From Balanoglossus misakiensis (Eukaryota > Animalia > Hemichordata), in contig CM082580.2 in NCBI GenBank assembly GCA_040954595.2, positions 3,772,783 to 3,836,782 on the forward strand: 64,000 nucleotides of DNA. The letters are read 5' to 3'. The notes beneath the pieces were generated by a model. That model was not told the origin of the DNA. It saw only the letters and a list, made by a program, of their open reading frames with translations, and ran no database searches. Below, in pieces: positions 12,035-31,821 of the stretch (positions are counted from its first letter, which is position 1; the number at the start of each line of letters is the position of its first letter). The translations under genes and the position numbers were made by a program.

Positions 12035-14930
12035 TTAAAGCTTAAATTTAGAGGAACACCAATCAGAATGGTTGTGACAGAAAAAAATGCACGCAAGTGT
12101 GGGCTTAAGTGTACTGTCAGAATTTCTAATATCTTGTTTATTTATTTTTTTGTAAAATCTTCCAAGTCTGTGAATGACTATTGTGCCTTTAATGCTGGTG
12201 TGCATGTGATTTAATTTTTTGTGCGTTACTGCTTTATGTTGAATTGAAACAGTGGCTAGAGCATCATAAAGTGAAAACAGAAAAAAATCACAGTTTATGA
12301 TGAAAATTCAGTCTCCTGATAGTGAGACCTAAATTTGAAATAACTTGCAACATACTTTTTTTTCTATTCCAAATACACTTCATACTTAAAAAGGGTAAAT
12401 TCGATATGACTATTCTATGATAGTGTCAGACAAGCCCTGGAGATAGCCATTAAACCATCTGTTTTTGATTTCTGTTACAGTTTGCATAGTTTGTACCTGT
12501 TTGGATGTAAATTGGTGCGGAATTTACACTATCTGGCTGCACTCAACCCACTGATGGAGGTTAAGACTGACGTAGCTGTCAGCCGATCGTTCAACTACTG
12601 GGATTTCTCTCTGTCATAATCACACACTACAACAACACTCACTCCTGAGCTGACTCACTTGACAGTACAGGCAGTTCCTAGTCATGTGACAGCTGCAGGC
12701 CAATCAGGTCCACCTGAGTGCAATTGTCTTGAATTTTCCCCAGAGACATTTCACTTATTGTCAGGTTGCATCAAGATCTAATCTTCTTCATCATCTCAAT
12801 GTGAGCAGCTGGAATTTCTTGTACGGAAAGTTTGAACTGTCTTCAAGAAATTGATGGTAGATGCTTGCAACAAGAAATGTCACTACTGAATATCATTTAT
12901 ATTCAATGTACACTACATGCAGATTACATTTGTAAATTGTACTCTTCATAATACAGAATGATGCAAAGTATATACATGTACTTTAAACTCATTGCAGTAA
13001 AAATCAGCCTTTAACTTATGCCATCCAACATTTTCAATAATTTCATATTCCAAACAAATTCTACAAAAAAAATATTTTATATAACAAAGTAATCATGAGA
13101 TTGAAATATATATCATTCAAATGATTTATCATCGAGACAGATTTATTATCAATTTAAATCAGCAAAAAAGGCAATATCGGTATGCTGCCAAGAAAGTATT
13201 GTTGCCATAAAAACCCACCTTAATTGAAATGACATATTGATTCAATCAAGAAAACTAGAACAATTTAAAAAAAAAATGAATTTAGCTGATCATAAAAATA
13301 TTTCCCATGCAATGGCCAGTTAGATTTAATCCTGTCTGTTTTTATGGTACATTAAATTCTGTAAAACAAGTCCACTGTAATGAGAAATATTTTTTCAGTA
13401 GGACCCCTTAAACATGCACCACTATGGATGGCTAAACTTTCTTTGCTCTTTACAAACTTTGCTTTCTCATATTATAAGGATATTTTAGTGTGTATGTGTG
13501 CAATAGAAGGGTTTGTGTATACCTTTGGTCTTGTAAGTCTACTGTTGAAAATTTGTACAGGACTCATTTCTTTGCAAATTATGTGACAGATTCCTTGATG
13601 AGAAATTAGTCTGAAGAATAGAGTACAAATGATAAGCTCCTTTACTTTACAAGTATCATTTACTTTGCAAGTTTGTTAGTCTTTTGAAGATTGTGGGGTA
13701 AAAAACGGGGTATTCTTTGCACAGATTATTAACTTGTGATAAACCACTGCTGATTTACATCTGACACTACAAAACAGAACATATTTACAATAATTTACAA
13801 AAAATACTGAAATGCTGAGAATGTGTTATTAGGGTACACAAAGTATAAAACATAATACGTGGTAAAATCTTGAAGGTTTCGAATATGTCTGTATATTTTT
13901 ACTCCAGGAGGTCTCCCAATAATTGAATTTTTTGTTTTGGCTTGTGCAGGGAGTCTACTGCGCACGTCTCTGTATGTTCTGACCGTTACTAGAGTGTGAG
14001 TTGACCTGTGTGGATGCTCATACTAATCACTGATCTTCAAAATGTAGATGTTCACAGATTTGTTTCTTACAATAACGCAAACCAAATGCAATATAGCATC
14101 ACTCAAGTCTCAAATTCATTTATCTCGTACCATTTTCAACTGCTTTTCAAGTACAAGGAAACTTGCTGGTATGATCACCCCAAATATTCACAGTAAATCT
14201 ATGAAGAGTGCTAGAAAATGGTTTGCTTTTGTAGTCAGATTATTTACATGATGTGTAGTTGGATAAGAAATTGAAAATATTTGCACCAAAGACTTCATTC
14301 CTTGAAAGTTTTGTCATTTGTCCAACATTGTAACATTCCATCCAATATTCAATGATACATGATTTTTTTTTCGAATTTTATCAAGAAAATGTTGTAGAAA
14401 TGGTATCATTGTCATCCACAGAAAAGAACTTGTATGATTTTTTTTGTTGGTTCAGAGAATGTCTAGACTGATTGTTATGAGATTGTTATTAGATAGCCGT
14501 CCTCAATACTCAGAGCTTTACCATGGATTCAGAATTTCTATTCTTGCAGCTTATAATGAACTCTGTATATATTGCAATGTGTTTCTTAGTCAATAAATCC
14601 ATAATATATATTCATGTATGAAAACAGGTGGATGTGCGTTTTTGTTCTTTGATATGCTTAATGTTATATACCGGTAATTGTATTAAAAGCAGACATAAAG
14701 GTGGTTGTGTTGTTACCGTGTCTGTCTGTCTGGGAGTCTATATCTACATGATGACTTCACTTAGTGTTGCTTGTCTTTGGCTCCTATATAGAGAAAACTT
14801 TCTAAACCAAACACCGAAAGGGACTGCAGAAATTGTTTTGCTTGCAGTTGACGATTCAATTAGTGGAGTGCCTTTGATTCCTACCATATTTCATGCGCAT
14901 TGTATAAAGTAGACTTTGGTTTTGTCTCAT

Positions 14931-15084
14931 CTTTTCACCCAATTTGCTGTCCTTTCCCGATCTCCAACACAGACTATGGTTGCCGCCATCTTGTCTGTTG
15001 TTAGGCCAGCACACTGCAGTTATGGCATTGACTGTATACAATTTTTGGTTTGGCACATGCGCATAAAACGATTGTTGCCCTTTA
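14931..15084 (+). repeat. About 150-bp repeat, second copy at about 16093-16254
   Basis: CTTTTCACC.AATTTGCTGTC.TTTCCCGATC...CACAGACTATGGT.GC.GCCATCTTGTCTGTTGTTAGG.CAGCACACTGC is shared; the two copies lie on either side of the ACAA2 last exon. Confidence 0.75.
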
Positions 15085-15615
15085 ATTCCAAACAAGGTTC
15101 CAAATTTAGGAGCTAAAATGAACATGTATGTTTACACACAGTAATTAGATCAATGCACACTGAATTTCAAAATTCATATTTATTTGTTTTTGCTGAAAAT
15201 GGAGAACATTAATTACAACTGGGACCTAACTACATTGTACGTGGTTTGCATTGTAATGTGCGTACATCAACCACCCTTTTTCAAATTTTAGATTAGATAA
15301 AATGTAAGTACCGGTATTTATAATACAAGTGACTTGTACATCCTCAGATCTGTTAAGCTGTATGTCCAATTTACAATATTGTGTTACATTCAGTCCCATC
15401 TTCACTTACTGGTAAAGTGTAGGCAAACACTTTGTCATTTCAACTGTGTTCTCAACAGAAAAGAAACTTCTTGCCCCAGATAATGGAAACGGCTGTAATA
15501 GAAATAGTCCTTGTTTTTGTATTGAAGATCTGTACACTTTCCGAATTATAACCCATTAATTAAATGATAGGTGAAAACACTGGCATCTGTCTGATACACA
15601 GTCAACAGACTTGCT

Positions 15616-22099
<6,484 letters not shown>

Positions 22100-22504
22100 G
22101 TTAGAATAGTCGGTGAAAAGTGTCTAGGGTTCAAAAGGTCACACGTTGAAAACAGCGCAGCCAGTGGTAGCCTTTGAACTCTCCAGGCAATGAATGACCA
22201 AAGCACATTCTCCAATGTTGTTACAGGGAACTTAAGAATAAAAATGAAAACATTTAAGAGGATTTGACGACGCCTCCACCCCCGGGCCATCCATCGAAAC
22301 TCGAAAGTCTGCTATTTGCTACATCTCCCTTTTCCGTGGTAACTGTGGCTAAATTTGCATATGAAATCAATGAATGAAATCGCTACAGTGGTGGCGCTCG
22401 ACCACTTCCGTTGCATATATGCGATCGTGCGATAGACCATGTCGCAAACTACCTCACTCAGCCATCCTATATTACGGCGGTCCATTTGGACTCAACTCTA
22501 AAAT
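22100..22504. promoter_or_regulatory. Putative bidirectional promoter ACAA2/VHL
   Basis: 405 bp between divergent ATGs, locally CpG-rich, with an ETS-like CACTTCCG and an octamer ATTTGCAT. Confidence 0.65.
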
Positions 22505-25500
22505 ATGCCACGTAGAGATACAGGCAATCAACCCAAATTGAAGTCAAGGCTTTCACAAGACCGTGCTTTCGTGAGGTTTGTCAATACAACTTCGCGGACA
22601 GTCGATCTGATCTGGATTGATTTCCACGGTCGGCGAGTGAATTACGTACAGGACGGGATGGGGCCACGAACGACGCAGTCTGTCGATTCGTTTGGTGAAC
22701 ATCCGTGGATAAGTCGTGATCACACAACTGGCGATAAGCTTTGTTTTGCTTCGAAAGGTGAAGTGTTATTTCCTCGTGTGTGGGGTGGAGAGGTTCCAGC
22801 CAGACGCCATTGGGTTTACATTCAACTTCCAGGTAAACAGAGGTCATACGTGGCCGAGTATATTGGTGCTATCCCCATAGTGCAAACCCTCCCCAGAGTT
22901 CTTGCCCCCAAAGTCTGGGCATGAAAAATGGTGATCTTTGGGTCTCACGATGACAATTGTTTAATGTATTAATGAATTACCTGTGTCCCTATGTATGTTC
23001 AAGGGAGGGGTCATGCCAAGTACTGCTAACTGCAACCATAGGGGGAGCTCTTCCTCTTTGTTTGTAGTGTGTATGTTTGTTTGTTGCTTTTTGATTGATA
23101 TAATAAGCAAAATGTTTTTTTATTAATATAGTAGAGACCGTTTTCACCAACCACAGCTCACCAGGCTCAAATCAAAGAAAAAACTGAATCAATGCGTATG
23201 GCTTCAAAATAGTGCATTCTGTCATAGACAGTGGAGAAAAGACGGACGTGCTACTAGTGCATTTCTTTTGTAGTAACGTCTGTTGTAATCCCTTTTAATC
23301 CACCAAACAATAGACAAACTCATCATCACCTCTTTATCGCCGTCTGGCGATAAAACCTCGCATAATATCGCAAAACGCGAGAGTTACCACGAGAAAAAGC
23401 GTAATATTTCGTGCTACGCGAGACGTTATTTGGCGAGATTCGGGTCACAGGTCATAAGTTGTTTACAAGCGGCTCGCAGCACATACACAATGGCTTCCGT
23501 CCAAACCGATAGCGAATTTGTTGCCGTTTTTACTGATTCCGAATACAGCGATTTCGATTATTCAGGGAGCGAGACTAGCGACGACGATGATACATCGCCA
23601 CTTACCGACGACGAGTTACAAGAAGGCATGCAGCAAGCTCCTAAACGTCGAGACTTGAGCTATCTTGATCGATACATCGTTTGCGTCGGTGGTGATACAA
23701 AAACTATCAAATGTGACGTTTGTGACAAAACTTTCAACAGAAAGCAGAGTTGCAAGCAGCATTTGATACAAAACCAGGTCTGAATGAAAGACTAGTCTCC
23801 GAAGATCCGTGGTAAATCTATATATTAAGTGGTAATTTAAAAATGTATTACATGTAGTTCAGGGTTTCTATTGTCAGTCTCAGATATTGTTGTGTATGAG
23901 ATGAGATGGGATCGGGGAGGGATTACACGAGACTTAATATGTTTGAACTCTGTCACATTCATACTTGAACTATAATATTAGTGTAGTAAGATTGTAAAAA
24001 AACCTCTATCATATTGCCTGTGTTTTCCTGATATGTTGCACGGTAACGTTCCTAGATCCGGCACGTGTTATAACAAGGAAACAAAACACTGTCCTTGGTA
24101 CTGTTACAGGTGATGCAGCTGCAGTGCAGCACTGGTCACAATTATCTGTAGGCCTTGATGAGGGTCAGTCATTGAAGCTGATGTTAATGTGTAGTAAAAT
24201 GTGGATCAATATCAGAGGCCATTCTGCAGCTAGGAAATTAGTTGAGGGCCTTAAATATACTGAGGGAATGAAGAATCGTAGTCAGAAAGCACTTCGAAAA
24301 GAACTTAAACAGCTTAATACAGATGACAACAAGTAAAGTTTGTCAAATCCGACCATTATTTATTGCACCATATATTGTAAACTGTCAGGTTGAAAATTTT
24401 CTTTGAACATGTACACGTTTAAGATTGAAAAATGTACTAGCATGTGTTGAGTAATAAAGAATAAATTGCAGTACAGTGTATTTCGTAAGAGTGTGCTTTT
24501 AACAGTGAATGTGATCCTCTAACAGTACACAGAGCATAATCCTCCAATGATGAATGATTCAGATTTTTTTTACTCCACCAACAGAAACTGTTCTGAGAGG
24601 TATGCATACACACCTAAAATATTTTACAGAAAAAATAAAACAGTGTTGTTCTCCAACTAAACTTTGAAAGCAATGACTCATTGAATGGATGATGGCATCA
24701 CCGGCGGCAACAACAACATCAGTTTTCAGCAACAATGGATTCGAGTGAAAAAAAAAAACAACAAAAACTGTTCGCTCCTATTTCTGTTCTGTGTATCTTA
24801 AATGTTTGGTACCCAGGACAGAAACTTACAGCTAATGTCAGAGGGTAAAAAAGGACTGTTTGTTCACTAATGAATTCCAGTGAAAGTAAAGAAAATTCAT
24901 TGCCCACTGAAATTCCCCCCCCCCCAAAAAAAAACATCAACAACGACTGTTCGCTCACTATTTCTGTTCTGTGTATCTTAAATGTTTGGTACCCAGAACA
25001 GAAACTTACAGCTAATGTCAGAGTGTGACATAAATCTCACTGTCATCTGCTATTACTCATTCATCTCAACATAACAATTTCTGTGACATATCCACTGAGA
25101 TAAATTCAAACAGTCCTACGGATGTGAATGTCTGGTATGGGAACGTCTTGGCAGTGCTGTGTTATCCAGCGGCGCATCAGCCATTGTTGTAACATTGGCT
25201 CCTCTCACAGACAAAACGTGTGAAGACTTCAGCCGAAGAGCATTGGCATTTTGGCAGAACTGTTGCACTGAGGGTGCCTCATTCCCACCCTTCATTTGGC
25301 GTTGATTCCCGAAATAGGACTCCAAAGGATCCTGGTTGAGTTTCTCTGAGAGAACACACTCCACACCCGGTTGGTTGAGTAGGTACCTTGCCAAGTCAAC
25401 AAATGACTTCACTGTAGAATGGAATAAAAAGAATGCAGTATAGGATGGTTAGTAAGGGAAGGATTTCAGTGGTCGTAATAAATAGTGTACAACAACATCA

Positions 25501-26368
25501 CAATACCATGTACAGGATTTGTTAAATTGGCAGGTTACACTAGCACTCAGTAACTCTTCATTAATTTTTGCTTGCATTTTAGTACGGTTTGATAATTAAA
25601 AAATATTTTGCACTCACAGCATTTTTTACCAGCCAAGCAGCCTGTAAAGCCACCGTTTCAAATTGGTCTTTTTGGACAGAGAGATTATAGCCAACCAAAG
25701 TGAAAACTTACTAGAGACAAATTCTCTTTTCTCCACTGTCTATGATTCTGTGAAAAAGCACCAAGTCTGAATGTTGTATCTGGTCATGTGACCTGGTCTC
25801 AACCATTGAACATAAAGCTTTCCTTTATCAGTTAGCTTCTCAAATAATTGACCTAATCAATCGCTGAGACAAATATCTTCCTCATTGTTAATCTATCATA
25901 ACTACAATGTCTGCTGATGTCCTTTTTAGTATGAGAGAAGTATACATATTGTTTGTGGACAAGTTCAATTTCATGTCTGATTTGTCTTCCAGGGTGTCAC
26001 TGCTGCCCATAATTTCGGATTACCACATGGATTTGAAATGATTCATTTAATATGCGAGATGTGGCTTGTCAAAAATCCTGTGATGATCAGGTGGCCTCTA
26101 GAGATCATGAAATCTCAATTAACTTATATTGATTTCTCTTTTTTGTATCGCAACAGTGTACACATTGACTGAAAGATGTTTTCAAGTGATAAGAAAGTTG
26201 GTGAGGAGTGAAGACATAGAGAACCTTGAAATACCACAGACATTGAAGCATTCTCTGCTAAATCCAGTGGATGTTCCCATCTGGAATCCATCGGAACATC
26301 CCGAGTGTGTGTTGCTACCGGAACAAGCAAATGACAGCACAGCACAAGAGAACGCCAGCAATCAGTGA
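22505..26368 (+). CDS. VHL: von Hippel-Lindau tumour suppressor homolog (CRL2 substrate receptor)
   Basis: Exon 1 22505-22832 encodes the beta domain (LKS...VRFVNTTSRTVDLIWIDFHG...SFGEHPWISRD). Exon 2 26157-26368 gives PVYTLTERCFQVIRKLV (BC box) and IENLEIPQTL (Cul2 box). The junction is phase 1. Confidence 0.93.
23490..24336 (+). pseudogene. Second (cargo) gene of the P-like element: acidic N-terminus, broken C2H2 finger, helical terminal exon
   Basis: ATG 23490 MASVQTDSEF... CDVCDKTFNRKQSCKQHL, where the second His is missing and an apparent frameshift follows. Acceptor at 24109 is followed by ...MWINIRGHSAARKLVEGLK...QKALRKELK* at 24336. Confidence 0.55.
24767..25023 (+). repeat. About 77-bp direct repeat inside the P-like element
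   Basis: ACTGTTCGCTC(A)CTATTTCTGTTCTGTGTATCTTAAATG...GCTAATGTCAGAG at 24767-24843 and 24946-25023. Confidence 0.85.
25116..25411 (-). pseudogene. Last exon of a P-element/THAP9-like transposase
   Basis: VLSEKLNQDPLESYFGNQRQMKGGNEAPSVQQF matches the QDxLExxFxxxR motif carrying the catalytic Glu. It is preceded by a splice acceptor (ctacag); upstream exons are absent. Confidence 0.85.
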
Positions 26369-26639
26369 AACGCTATTTACAACTTGTCATTGTATAAACT
26401 GTCAGGATACAATAATGGCATGTATTGTTTACAGGACTGTTGTGAAAGATCTTATTGGATAGAAAGTTGGGCCTTTAAACAGCCCAACATACCACATGTA
26501 CCATGTACAGGCATGTGGAATAGTTACACATATACCGGTAGATAAAATCTGGTAAGAATTCGTGTTCTGTGGCTTTGTAATAAGCAGATTGTATCCAATG
26601 TAATGCATGTAGTTTCTGAAACACTCAGACCTATGTTAA

Positions 26640-27373
26640 GGTGGCATTGCATGAAAAGTTGTGATTTTTGCCAAATTTTACTTTTTTACATAAATCGGTA
26701 GGCCTTATACTGACCCACACCCTGACTAATACGTCTTGGCGGAAATGGTGCATAATCACCCCAAAATAGCACTTTTCTGAATGAGTTCACAGCTTAACAA
26801 ATAGGTGTCAACAATGCAAATGGCCGTTTTTCTCAGTTTGCATTTTCGCTGCTCTTGACAACTTCAGACGAAAATAGCTTCGCTCTGCGTGGGCCGAATT
26901 TGCTCAAATTTTAACTGGGGATTGTGTATGACCCATCCAACAAAACGGTATTTTTGTTAGTCGATAAAGTGTCCCTGGTGGGAATAAACTCTGATTCAAT
27001 ACAACTCACCGTAAATTTGATCAAATTTTACTAAAAATCTAACTTTCAAACGCTGTTACTCCTCAATGGAAGCAGATAACGCAAAACAAAATTACCGTTT
27101 TTTTGCACGTGTACTCTAGTTTCGAATGACATATTAAGACGCATGATGCATGGTCAACTTTTTTACCTATTTTAAATTTCATGACATAATATCAAAAAAT
27201 GTTTTTTTTCACCCAAAATCGCCACCATTTCCGGGGATCAATAATATTTGCAACTCAAACAAAAGTTCAAAATCTCAGCTTCCAGAATATATATGGTTTA
27301 TGGGGGTTTTAACTTTGTCTTTGATGAGAAATAGGCCTCTGAAAAAGTCTCGACGGTTTCATGCAATGCCACC
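26640..27373. mobile_element. Kolobok-type non-autonomous element B
   Basis: TTAA|GGTGGCATTGCATGAAA...TTTCATGCAATGCCACC|TTAA, perfect 17-bp TIR. Confidence 0.85.
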
Positions 27374-27377
27374 TTAA

Positions 27378-27980
27378 AGCCCCAGTATTTCTCGTGTGCA
27401 TCCATTTTTCATCATCGAAAAAAGCCCGTTTTTCCAGTACATCCATCATGGAATACTATATAATGAAGATGTAAGAAAGGTTTGGGCAATTGTAGCTACA
27501 TGCAAGCCGAAAATATTGCCCGTAACACTTGAAATGATGCGCGGGTTTGTTTACAACGGAAATGTTGTACATGTCGATCAGCAAACGTGCCACTTTGACA
27601 TTTTGATGGTCAGACCATTTTCGGATTTGATCTGGTTCCATCGACTGATTTCTCCCATAAAGTTATCTTCCCAAAATTTCGCCGAATTAGTGCGCATTTC
27701 TTCGCTGAGTCGCTTGATTTGGGGCGACCAAACCTCTTCCGCATAGATTCACATTTGAGTGCGCATGCGCACTAGTCACGTGTGTCAACATTAGCCTGAC
27801 TCACGTGACTTTCTGTCCGGACAGAAAGTCATTCTTCACTCGTTATATTGTAAATTGTATGAGTTTATCAGCAGAGCTGGGGATGATGACTGTTCGATTC
27901 AGTATCAATTATCATCTACTTTTAGAAATTATAGATGCCGTTTCAAACAAAATTTTGCCCCTACGAGAAATACTGTGGCT
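27378..27980. mobile_element. Kolobok-type non-autonomous element C, abutting element B
   Basis: TTAA|AGCCCCAGTATTTCTCGT...ACGAGAAATACTGTGGCT|TTAA, 18-bp TIR with 1 mismatch. Confidence 0.8.
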
Positions 27981-30900
27981 TTAAAGGTGACTGTGTGAAA
28001 CACGTACTGCCTATAGAAATCCCCAGGATACGTACTGTACTTGTCAGTTTCAATGTGTCCAGAGATTGTGTATCACATGTACCGGTAGTAAGTACCGGTA
28101 AAAGACATCGCCGTTCCCTACATCTGATTTTAATCAGATTGGGTAGCAATGTGCTACACACACGCTTGATGTCATGACCAACATTCCAACTTTGACTGCA
28201 TTTTCTACATTGTCAGGCCAGTTTGAAGTTTTGTTAAACTGTAAGGCATATACTTTTTACCTATGTCTGTTTTATGGTAAAATTAGTTTCTTTGTGCCAC
28301 AACATTTCAGAAAGCAACAATTAATGTAATGCATTCAGCAAAGCTTCATTTAGTAGTACAGCAAAAGAATCATCAAATCAATTAAGTGTTTGCAATTTCA
28401 TACTCGGATATATTTTATCGTCTATACTTCAAGTGCAGACTTTTCTGAAGGTGAAACATCACGATCACTTGTCTTGTCATCATCTTGAAATATTTCATTA
28501 GTAGTTATGTGAAAGTTTTAAACCATGTTGAATTACATTTCTGGCAAGATGGCACTGGAAGAGTTGGAAGTTGGTTTTTATTTTTTCAAAATAAAATATA
28601 ATACATTATCAGTTTCTGGTCTGGTCGATTGCTTGGGCATTCACACATATATCATTGAGAATTCTCCAGAGGTTTAAGAGGATGAATCTCTTTGGTGGCA
28701 TAAACAACTTGTGGAAATTTCTCCTCGATGTGCTAAATTAAATAGCCACCACTTTCAATTTGGTATCTGTGGACAACACTGTTGTGTGTATATGTTATTG
28801 AAGAGTGACTGCTCTTCCTCATACATGTAGAACTAAAACTACATGTGGACTTGCAACGCCTGAAAATAAAATCATTTTAAAATTTGCCCAAAGGTTTTAA
28901 TTGACACAGTTGTCAAACCGTCATTCTATCATAGACCTATACTGATTCTCTGTAAGCCCATCTTCACTAGACAAGCTATGCTGTAGTTTTCGGGCAGGGG
29001 GCCTCCTCAAACACTTCTTACATGTACTGTCATAATCACTAGCATTACAAATTTCCATTCAATTAAACCAAAGGGAAAAAATATTGTATATAACAAGCAT
29101 AACACACGAAGATGTATTAAGTTGTCAGCAGTTTTATTACGTAGTGTACAAATTCTACACTCAGTTACATATCTGTCAGATAGGTGTACTGATATTACAA
29201 AGGTTTTTAACAGTTACACAGCATTACAGTTTTCTGCATTACTTTTGTGACAAATACAAAAATCTGTCAACTAACAAACATACAGTACCCATAAATTACT
29301 TGCAACAGATTCTGCAGTTGGGTCAACATGGTTGTAGTGTGCAAGTCAAAATTATGTGGTTAAGATTTTGATACTACACTACAGGTGTTCAACTAACAGC
29401 ACCTGTGATCATTGCTATTAAAGTGAAGAACATTTCCCAGTTCAAAGCTTACATAGAATTTCAATTTGACATAACAGGGATTCTACATGAAAAAAGTTAC
29501 AGCAGTATTAGTAATTTGAAACAGGAAAAACGATAAACCTGTACCAGAAATTTAGAACAGAGAATTCACTTGTGCCACTATTTGCAGTTCACAATTCAAA
29601 GTCAGTGACGTTTGCCAGACGACAGGCGGTTAGCACAATTAAAGACATCACACAATTAATGTGACAATAGTGACATGAAAAGGCAAGGATGCAACGATGG
29701 GAAAGATTGCTGGTAAAATCATATTAAAATCAAAATCTGTGAAATGTACATCGATATATCGCATTATAATTGGAGCTTTTACTAAAAACCACATAGACTA
29801 CATAGGTGGGCTTGTCAATGTTAAACTGTGTCAGTGTGAACACAACAGACATTAAGTGTGTGGATACATTCAGTTAATCAGAAACACCTCACATTAAATT
29901 CCCCATGAATGTTGACTAACATATTAGTTTGTATTGCTAAGAGTGGAAGTTTGGCTATTTCATTAAGTCATATTTTATCAACAGTCATTGGTGAAATTAT
30001 TTCAATGAACCGGCCACATATGTACAAAACACAGCGTACTTGGATCCACAAATTATCAGATGCAAAAAAAAAGAAACTCTACAAAAACAATTCGATGGAA
30101 TGGCCATAACTTGTATACTCTTATCATAATTGGTATGGATATTTACAATATCTTTTTTAAGTCTCATGTGATAAATTATTCATTGCTATCCTACGTCTAC
30201 AACTTGCTATCCTATGTCTCTCAATACCAGACAGTGTACTTGTACTGTACACAAACAACACACTTGTCAAAACAATTTTCTTATTGTCCTAGAAATGGAA
30301 ACATTGCTTCTTAAACAGTCAATATGTTTGAGAATTTTTACATGAAGTATCGGTATGACTATGATAGTTTACGAACATGATCACAAAATTTACAATATTC
30401 TTTCAATTCCAAATTCAGAGACCCCGATTGATATGTGACAGGGAGAGCCTCAACATGTCACCTTGCTAAACCCTGAAATCAAGGCAGTATATTAAAGTAT
30501 AGTGAAATGATCTACTGTAATAGATATATTGCGATTCAAAAAATTAAGACTTTTTGCCATTACAGACAAATATTATCGATAACGTTGGTGGCCAATTTCA
30601 CAATGTCTAGTACATGTATTTGCATACAGTCACAAAATATAAAACTTCCATCACATCACATGATAATCTTCCTTCTCTTAAATCATTTTTTCAAGCACTT
30701 AGTCTGAACAAAGAATAGAAGGTCTATATATACATATGTGAGTGTATTTATTCAGTCTCGCTACCTCAAATGTTACTCCAGTTTCATAAAATAGGAAAAG
30801 ATATTTATCAGGGAATTAGTCAAATAAAATCAAATGCTACACAAGTCTTCCTGTATTTATTCACTGAAACTGGTATTAATTCCCATTGAGAAAAAAAATC

Positions 30901-31821
30901 AGCATTAGAATACTAGTAGTATGAGCGGACACCAAGACACGTATGACCTCATACCAACCGCACCAATGTAGAAGTACCAAAATGATAGAAGTACCGGTAA
31001 TGTATCTCATCTTTGATCCAATATTTACAGCATGTATGTTATTTATCCATGGGCTCAGCTCCCTACCTGCTGAGTTCCTGGGTAAAATTTCGGCTGTTGA
31101 TGAAGGAGAAGAATGAGAAGTGGTTAAACAAGGGAGCAGAGACATTTACGTGTGAATTTCTAGGCAAAAGAGTTGATAATAGCAATGAGACAGTGTTTTT
31201 GCTAAGATTGGGGATCACCGATGCAGGATATGGGAACGCTGGTAACACTTCTGCTACCCATTAATTAATATGACTGAATTGATATACAAAGGGGAACTCC
31301 GGTAACATTTACCTGGGTATACACGGCACCCTTGAATAACAGTGTATGGTGACTTTCCTTTCATTCAACTTTAGTGATTTCAATACTGTTTCACCATTTC
31401 AAAAGCAAACATTTGCAAATGAAATTCATTCTCGGAAATGTTCATTATGCAATATTCTGTATATCACAGTTATTGCAACCAAGTGTTTTAGATTCTTCAG
31501 GAAGCTTGGGTATCTTATCTGTAGAATCTGTAGACTTGTACCGTGTCTTTTCCCTTCAATCAAACTAGAATAAGTCTTTTAGAATTTAAAAGATTTCTGA
31601 TAACCACGTATATGCCTTCAAGTCGGCTTTTTCACTTTGATCTGTTCAGTGAAACCACGAACAGCTAGCTTGCAAAAATTTAATAATCACTGGGACACAA
31701 AGAAAGTCCTAGCTATTTTGAATTTCATAGTAAAGACAAGACTATCAGAGTAAGTTACAGGACCACTCCATTTGTAAACCATCACAAATTATGTTTAGTT
31801 GCTCATAACTAACTTCATTAC

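Larger units (their letters stand above)
23223..25744. mobile_element. Non-autonomous P-element-superfamily transposon in VHL intron
   Basis: Perfect 20-bp TIR CATAGACAGTGGAGAAAAGA (23223-23242 / 25725-25744), 7-bp TSD ATTCTGT on both sides, and an internal transposase remnant. Confidence 0.88.

Noticed and set aside
27150-27746. ORFs of 75 and 116 aa
   Set aside because: They lie in non-autonomous elements and show no transposase or other motif.
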